Assembly (NCBI GenBank): GCA_963837175.1
Contig: CAWIMJ010000053.1
Span: forward strand, 1 to 24,935
Reading direction: 5' to 3'
Source of the DNA: an uncultured Nitrososphaeraceae archaeon
Lineage (GTDB): Archaea; Thermoproteota; Nitrososphaeria; Nitrososphaerales; Nitrososphaeraceae
Length of the DNA stretch: 24,935 nucleotides
This document shows, in pieces, positions 18,841 through 24,935 of the stretch. The notes below the pieces were generated by a model, which did not search any database, was not told where the DNA came from, and saw nothing but the letters and a program-made list of their open reading frames with translations. Made by a program: the position numbers and the translations under genes. Position 1 is the stretch's first letter. Each line of letters opens with the position of its first letter.

Positions 18841-19060
18841 TATTAAGTGTAAAGTGTTTTATAGGTTTTGAAATACCCTTGATGAATATAGTAATAAAAG
18901 TAGAGGTCATTTGTCTTATGGGTCATGATGCTGATTTCTATCTAAAAAAAGTTACTTGCTGTACCGCTATATTCATAAATTCTTGAAATAAAAGATTAAG
19001 TGAATTGCTTGTATAATAATCGATTAGTATCGCTGACACCTTAAAGCTTTTTACTGATTC

Positions 19061-20611
19061 ATGCTATTCTCTAGCATGGATTTCTCAGAGCTGAAGCAAA
19101 AAAGGAAGGATCATTTTTTAGGAGGTGGGGAGCAGAAGCAGGAAGAACACAGAAAGAAAGGAAAGCTGACAGCATTCGAAAGGATGAACATATTGTTTGA
19201 TTCAGGAACATTTGTAGAGCTCGATGCATTCGTTACACATAACTGCTTTGACTTTGGGATGGAAAATAAAAGGATTCTTGGAGACGGAGTTGTTACAGGA
19301 TATGGAACTATTGACAGCCGACCGACTTATGCTTTCTCACATGACTTCACAGTCTTAGGAGGATCTCTAGGATTGGCATTCGCTTCCAAAGTATGCAAGA
19401 TAATGGATCTTGCATTGAAACAAGGATGTCCTATAATAGGGATAAATGAGTCTGGAGGAGCTCGTATTCAAGAAGGAGTTGACAGTCTCGCCGGCTACGC
19501 AGAGATTTTTTATAGGAACGTCAAAGCCTCTGGAGTTGTCCCTCAGATATCCCTTATAATGGGTCCCTGTGCCGGAGGGGCTGTCTATTCACCAGCGATA
19601 ACAGACTTTATAATCATGACCAAATCTGCATATATGTTCATCACAGGTCCAGAGGTGGTAAGGGAAGTTACAAAGGAGAAGGTAAGCTTCGATGAGTTAG
19701 GAGGAGCTCAGGTCCATAACGAAAAGAGCGGAGTTGCGCATTTCCTTGCGGAGGATGAACAGGAATGCTTCAGGATCCTCAGGAGACTGCTTTCATTCAT
19801 TCCTTCCAACAACCTTGAGAATCCTCCTAGAATAGCTCCACAGGATGATCCTAAGCGGCATGATGAAGAACTAAATTCAATTCTTCCACCTAATCCGAAC
19901 CGATCTTATGATATGGAAATGCTAATTAGGAAAATCATAGATAACGGCGATTTCCTTGAAGTTCAGAAGTACTGGGCAAGGAATATAATAGTAGGATTCG
20001 CGAGGCTCAATGGCAACTCTGTGGGTATTGTAGCAAACAACCCAGAAATTCTGGCAGGTGTTTTAGATATAGATTGCTGCGATAAGGCGACCCGTTTCGT
20101 CAGATTCTGCGACTGCTTCAATATTCCGCTTATTGCTTTAGTTGATGTACCAGGTTTTCTTCCTGGAACAAATCAGGAATGGGGTGGAATAATAAGACAT
20201 GGAGCAAAGCTCCTCTACGCATTCTCAGAAGCTACTGTACCGAAACTTACAGTTATAGTAAGAAAAGCATATGGAGGAGCTTATGATGTAATGAACAGCA
20301 AGCACATAAGAGCAGACTGCAACTTCGCGTGGCCTAACGCTGAAATCGCTGTTATGGGTCCGGAGGGAGCATGCAACATAATATTCAAACATGAAATACT
20401 AGAGTCAAAGAACCAAGAAAAGAAGAGAGCTGAACTAGTAGAAAGCTACAAGAAGAAATTCGCTAATCCTTATATTGCAGTTTCAAAAGGCTACATAGAC
20501 GATATTATTGAACCAAAAGAGACAAGAGAAAGATTAATCTCTGCACTTAGCTCCATTTGCAGGAAAAGAGAGGAGAGACCCAGAAGAAAGCATGGCAATA
20601 TACCTGTTTAG
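19061..20611 (+). CDS. pccB: Acyl-CoA carboxylase carboxyltransferase subunit (PccB/MmdA-like)
   Basis: GKLTAFERM, GDGVVTGYG, DFTVLGGSLG, SGGARIQEG, GPCAGGAVYSPA, VDVPGFLPG, RKAYGGAY, RRKHGNIPV. The start may be ATG at 19076. Confidence 0.93.
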   Translation: MLFSSMDFSELKQKRKDHFLGGGEQKQEEHRKKGKLTAFERMNILFDSGTFVELDAFVTHNCFDFGMENKRILGDGVVTGYGTIDSRPTYAFSHDFTVLGGSLGLAFASKVCKIMDLALKQGCPIIGINESGGARIQEGVDSLAGYAEIFYRNVKASGVVPQISLIMGPCAGGAVYSPAITDFIIMTKSAYMFITGPEVVREVTKEKVSFDELGGAQVHNEKSGVAHFLAEDEQECFRILRRLLSFIPSNNLENPPRIAPQDDPKRHDEELNSILPPNPNRSYDMEMLIRKIIDNGDFLEVQKYWARNIIVGFARLNGNSVGIVANNPEILAGVLDIDCCDKATRFVRFCDCFNIPLIALVDVPGFLPGTNQEWGGIIRHGAKLLYAFSEATVPKLTVIVRKAYGGAYDVMNSKHIRADCNFAWPNAEIAVMGPEGACNIIFKHEILESKNQEKKRAELVESYKKKFANPYIAVSKGYIDDIIEPKETRERLISALSSICRKREERPRRKHGNIPV

Positions 20612-20959
20612 TTTTTGGATATTTTATAATAACAATAAAAAAAGCAGCTAAAAAATAATGAAGATGATTTAAAAGAATTTTAAGTTTATAGCATTCAATG
20701 AATAGCGCACTAAAAATGAAAAGCAGAAGTTTTTCCTTTCTTGGAAGGCTATACAATAGAGATGCTTAAGATTACCCTGATGTCATTTAGCCGAAGAATA
20801 TCCTGATAGGTTCTAGGCCTCTTTTTGATAAGTCATTGGATGCTTGCTAGTGTTTTTCCTCTTTCCATTCTTTATGATTTTGCTCGTTCCTAATACCAAT
20901 CTTTTCCCTAAGCACATCCCGCTGAGCTAAAAGTTTTAAGCCTTTTCTATGTTCTCTCC

Positions 20960-22444
20960 ATGATGTCTAAGAAGGTCCTTATAGCAAACAGGGGAGAAAT
21001 CGCAATAAGAGTTGCAAGGACATGCAGGAAACTGGACGTAAAGCCATATTGCATTTATTCTGAAGCAGACAAGGATTCTCTTCATATAAAATGCTGCGAG
21101 CAAGCACTAAACATAGGTGGATCTATTCCATCAGAGAGTTATCTTAGGACTGATAAAATCATCAATGCTGCAAAAAAACTGGACTGCGATTCTATACACC
21201 CTGGCTATGGATTCCTTTCGGAGAATCCCAAGTTTGCCGATCTCTGCAAAGATGAGGGACTTATTTTTATAGGCCCGCCTGGCGAGGCCTTACATATTTC
21301 AGGCGACAAGGTTAGGGCAAGAAAAGTGGCTTCAAAAGTTGCGCCAGTAGTTGATGGGTACGAGGTCTCACAAGAAAGCGATGCTATAAAACAAGCTGAA
21401 AGGATAGGTTATCCTGTAATCCTGAAGGCTGTAGAAGGAGGTGGTGGAAGAGGTCTTAGGATAGTAAAGTCTTCAGAGGAGTTCAAGAAAGCCTTTATCT
21501 CTTCACAGAGTGAGGCAATGATAAGCTTTGGTTCAGATAGGTTATATATTGAACGATATTTAGAAAATCCTAGGCACATTGAAGTACAGATTCTCGCAGA
21601 CAAATCAAACGTAATACACTTGGGAGAAAGGGAATGTTCTATTCAGCGACGCCATCAGAAGCTCATCGAGGAGACACCTTCTCCTGCACTGACAAAAGAA
21701 ATGAGGAGTAAAATTATCGAAACGGCCATAGCGATAATGAAAGAAATAGGATATGAGAATGCTGGTACGGTAGAATTCCTATTCAAAGACGGGAAATTCT
21801 ATTTCATGGAAGTCAATGCGAGGATACAGGTAGAGCATCCAATAACAGAGATGGTTACAGGAGTGGATATAGTAGAACAACAGATTCATGTAGCTTTAGG
21901 CAATGGATTATCCATAAAGCAGCGAGATATAAAATCAAGGGGACATGCAATAGAATGCCGAATAAATGCCGAACACCCTATTAGCTTCATTCCCTTTCAA
22001 GGTATTGTCAAAAAATTCATTGCACCAGAAGGAGATGGTATCCGAGTAGATACTGCCTTATATTCTGGATACTCTATACCCATTTTCTACGATTCCCTTA
22101 TAGCTAAACTGATATGCTTTGGAAAAGATAGGAACGAAACTATAGAGAAGATGAAGCACTCTCTTATGTCATTTAGGATTTCAGGCATTCCATCAACTAT
22201 ACCTTTCCATATATCGTCATTGAATGATAGGAGATTCGTTGATGGAATCTACGATACGTCGTTTGTTAATGAAATAAGACCTTTTTCGTCAAAAGATGGA
22301 GAGATAGCTGCAGCAATTTTATCTCTCCTTCCAAAGAGGATTGAATTCATTAGGATTAAAGAGGAGGATCCGTGGATGAGTAGCAGATTCGATTGGATTG
22401 ATAGCTTCGATATCCAACATATCTCATCTAGGTGGAGTAAATGA
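20960..22444 (+). CDS. accC: Biotin carboxylase subunit
   Basis: KVLIANRGEIAIRV, IHPGYGFLSEN, GGGGRGLR, ERECSIQRRHQK, FMEVNARIQVEHP, YDSLIAKLI. Confidence 0.95.
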   Translation: MMSKKVLIANRGEIAIRVARTCRKLDVKPYCIYSEADKDSLHIKCCEQALNIGGSIPSESYLRTDKIINAAKKLDCDSIHPGYGFLSENPKFADLCKDEGLIFIGPPGEALHISGDKVRARKVASKVAPVVDGYEVSQESDAIKQAERIGYPVILKAVEGGGGRGLRIVKSSEEFKKAFISSQSEAMISFGSDRLYIERYLENPRHIEVQILADKSNVIHLGERECSIQRRHQKLIEETPSPALTKEMRSKIIETAIAIMKEIGYENAGTVEFLFKDGKFYFMEVNARIQVEHPITEMVTGVDIVEQQIHVALGNGLSIKQRDIKSRGHAIECRINAEHPISFIPFQGIVKKFIAPEGDGIRVDTALYSGYSIPIFYDSLIAKLICFGKDRNETIEKMKHSLMSFRISGIPSTIPFHISSLNDRRFVDGIYDTSFVNEIRPFSSKDGEIAAAILSLLPKRIEFIRIKEEDPWMSSRFDWIDSFDIQHISSRWSK

Positions 22445-22872
22445 AAATCGAAGTTAATGGAAGTATATATGATGTAGAAATCATTGGAGAAAAGGCAAAG
22501 GTAAACGATAAAGAACTAATAATAAAATCAAACCAAGATAAAATTACAATAGAAGGAAAGATCTTTCATTTAGATTACCTAGAAGAAGGCGAATCTTCGC
22601 TAATGATAATAGACGGCATGACATATTTGGTCTCAAAAAGATCATTAACACATACATCACTCAAGGAAGTAAGGGCACCTATAAGCGGCAAGATAATAGA
22701 TGTTTTTGCAGAGGAGGGAATCAAAGTCAAAGAAGGCCAAGTCCTAATAGTTCTCGAGGCAATGAAAATGGAGATCCAGATAAAGTCCCCTACTAGTGGA
22801 ACGATAAAGAAAATCAGAGCTTCCAAAGGACAATCTGTAAAGACAGGTGAGATTCTTGTGACATTTGAATAA
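22441..22872 (+). CDS. accB: Biotin carboxyl carrier protein
   Basis: VRAPISGKI...VLEAMKMEIQI (biotinylated Lys). Four-bp ATGA overlap with accC suggests translational coupling. Confidence 0.93.
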   Translation: MKIEVNGSIYDVEIIGEKAKVNDKELIIKSNQDKITIEGKIFHLDYLEEGESSLMIIDGMTYLVSKRSLTHTSLKEVRAPISGKIIDVFAEEGIKVKEGQVLIVLEAMKMEIQIKSPTSGTIKKIRASKGQSVKTGEILVTFE

Positions 22873-23290
22873 AAGCAACTTATAATCACTTTCTAGGTTA
22901 TCTATAGATATTGATTCAGAGTTAATCATGTCATGTATTTAAAAGTTCAATATTTAATAGGATAAAGAAAAATTATTCATAAACACCAGTCAGAACGAGA
23001 ATTAAATATTTCTGAATTGTCTATTGTTTGCTATTGAAATGTATGATATAATGATAATGATTTGCATCATACTAGTATATTGAACATAGACATTTCTTTT
23101 TACTATTTATTATTTTTTATTATAGTTACTATCATTCTAGAATCACTTTTTAGACTATTATAATATATCCCAGAACGCAGGTGATTGTAGAAGGCCTATG
23201 GCGAGTACTACAATCCCAAGTGCTAATATGCCTAATCCTATGAGTAATACTTTATTTTGTGTAGACATATAATGTGATTAGATTCTTTCT

Positions 23291-23790
23291 TTATTGCTTG
23301 TTAGTAAATACCGTTCTAATGATGCGGCCAGAAATTATGTTATCTTTCTCATCCGCCGCCAACTCCATCTCCATGCCGGTATCTCCACTATTACCATCTG
23401 TTGTTGATGGCGGTGCTTATTCTCCTGCGTCTCCGCTAATCCCATTGTCAGCTTTGCTATCTCCTCCATCTCCACTGCTGCCGCTATCGTCGCTATCATC
23501 TCCTTCTCCAGTACCATCTACACTACGTATAGTAAGTTTTCAGATGGGAATGTTGGCTCAGATAATGTACATTCAGGTAAACTTGGATTTTCTATACATT
23601 GATCAAATATCAGTGCCGATGGTGATGATGTTGTTCTTTTAATTCATAGGTCTCCTCTTGAGCTTCATTATTCAAAATGACTCTTACATCTCTAAATTAC
23701 ATTCTCTTTATGTTAACTTCTGGCAGGATTTCAGTGGTGTATGGCTGAACATCTAAGAGTGCTCCATCTTGGTTTACTATAATACATCAT
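23291..23790 (-). pseudogene. Degraded gene with a Gly/Asp/Ser-rich low-complexity tail
   Basis: Reverse strand reads SVDGTGEGDDSDDSGSSGDGGDSKADNGISGDAGE*APPSTTDGNSGDTG..., with internal stops. GC is locally elevated; the 5' boundary is uncertain. Confidence 0.4.
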
Positions 23791-24158
23791 CATAACAACC
23801 CTAAGAGTTAACTATGGTTAAATTGTTATGCAGAATTAATTTTGGATTTAAGAATGCTACGAGATAGTAACGTTTTCCATATAGACTAAGAAATTAGAGA
23901 TTATAATTTATCTAATACAGCCAAATTTAACAATATTAGATTTCTGTAAATATTCTTCTTTATCTGATAATAATCTATATTTTAACTATCTTTAATGCTT
24001 TCTAATTAACAATATACAGCTATGATATATCTTGTCTTTAGAGATAATATCAGTAGTAGTATCCGTTGTTTCGCCTAGTGGTATTACAAAATATATTCTT
24101 GTGATGATTGTATACTCTCAGATTTATATAATTATGGGATTTGAAATTGTTCTTATCC

Positions 24159-24830
24159 TTACTGTTGTTGAGGAGGAGCAGTTCTAGTCTGAATTTGTTG
24201 GTTTGAAGTACTACTGCTAGCACCACCATTATTATCTGTAGTCTGGCATTGATTGTCTATACAAGTTGTAGCATGACATGCATTATTTGTGCATATACTA
24301 CTTTGACTAAATGTGTTTCCCTGTATACCATCATATTGTTGAGGAGGAGCAGTTCTAGTCTGAATTTGTTGGTTTGAAGTACTACTGCTAGCACCACCAT
24401 TATTATCTGTAGTCTGGCATTGATTGTCTATACAAGTTGTAGCATGACATGCATTATTTGTGCATATACTACTTTGACTAAATGTGTTTCCCTGTATACC
24501 ATCATATTGTTGAGGAGGAGCAGTTCTAGTCTGAATTTGTTGGTTTGAAGTACTACTGCTAGCACCACCATTATTATCTGTAGTCTGGCATTGATTGTCT
24601 ATACAAGTTGTAGCATGACATGCATTATTTGTGCATATACTACTTTGACTAAATGTGTTTCCCTGTATACCATCATATTGTTGAGGAGGAGCAGTTCTAG
24701 TCTGAATTTGTTGGTTTGAAGTACTCTCCTGTGCGTTAGCTATACCTATTCTTGCAAATACTGTAGATAAGAGTAATGTTATAGCCAAAAATGAAAATAA
24801 TACAAAAGAAGTTGTCTTTACCATTAGCAT
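24159..24830 (-). CDS. Secreted Cys-rich tandem-repeat protein of unknown function
   Basis: Signal peptide ending IANA|QE, followed by 3.3 copies of a 57-aa unit containing CTNNAC-HATT-CIDNQC. Confidence 0.8.
   Translation of the reverse strand: MLMVKTTSFVLFSFLAITLLLSTVFARIGIANAQESTSNQQIQTRTAPPQQYDGIQGNTFSQSSICTNNACHATTCIDNQCQTTDNNGGASSSTSNQQIQTRTAPPQQYDGIQGNTFSQSSICTNNACHATTCIDNQCQTTDNNGGASSSTSNQQIQTRTAPPQQYDGIQGNTFSQSSICTNNACHATTCIDNQCQTTDNNGGASSSTSNQQIQTRTAPPQQQ
24165..24725. repeat. Perfect tandem repeat, 171-bp unit x 3.28
   Basis: Units start at 24165, 24336, 24507 and 24678; compared by eye, the copies are nucleotide-identical. Confidence 0.97.
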
Positions 24831-24935
24831 TTCACTCCTATTACCATAACAAGTTTATTATAGCAATAATACCTAGATTCTGCCATTTCGTCATATAGTA
24901 CTAGAGATAGTATTTATATCTTATGACAACTTCTA

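Noticed and set aside
1319-22929. Short ORFs overlapping strong genes (e.g. 1319..1561, 1755..2210, 2885..3121, 3878..4171, 9455..9730, 12098..12451, 13072..13395, 15014..15295, 22575..22889)
   Set aside because: Antisense or alternate-frame shadows of well-supported genes, with no motifs of their own.
23274-23642. 122-aa Pro/Ser/Leu-rich plus-strand ORF
   Set aside because: It is the antisense image of a Gly/Asp-rich minus-strand relic.
24165-24725. CRISPR array
   Set aside because: The 171-bp units are contiguous and identical with no unique spacers, are in-frame coding, and no cas genes are present.

Overview
AT-rich archaeal DNA. Gene content and protein style (several small Thaumarchaeal-type cupredoxins, a two-domain multicopper oxidase, an NHL propeller, CBS and USP paralogues, Asn-rich low-complexity inserts, a mitochondrial-type aconitase) point to a soil ammonia-oxidising archaeon of the Nitrososphaerales; this assignment is an inference. 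The window is an accessory, partly decaying region with four intermingled themes. (1) An extracytoplasmic copper-protein set: a multicopper oxidase fused to a cupredoxin, two more secreted cupredoxins and a cupredoxin relic next to an intact IS5/ISL2-type element. (2) A carbon/acyl-CoA set: a Zn-alcohol dehydrogenase, aconitase, an ADP-forming acyl-CoA synthetase and a three-gene biotin-dependent acyl-CoA carboxylase that looks like a foreign, non-canonical second copy. (3) Energy/stress sensors (CBS and USP proteins, some pseudogenised). (4) Small Cys-rich proteins, including unannotated micro-ORFs and a secreted protein made of three perfect 171-bp repeats carrying CX4C-X4-CX4C modules. Eight single-base indels split otherwise clean genes; most are probably long-read errors. 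No rRNA, tRNA or CRISPR array was recognised.
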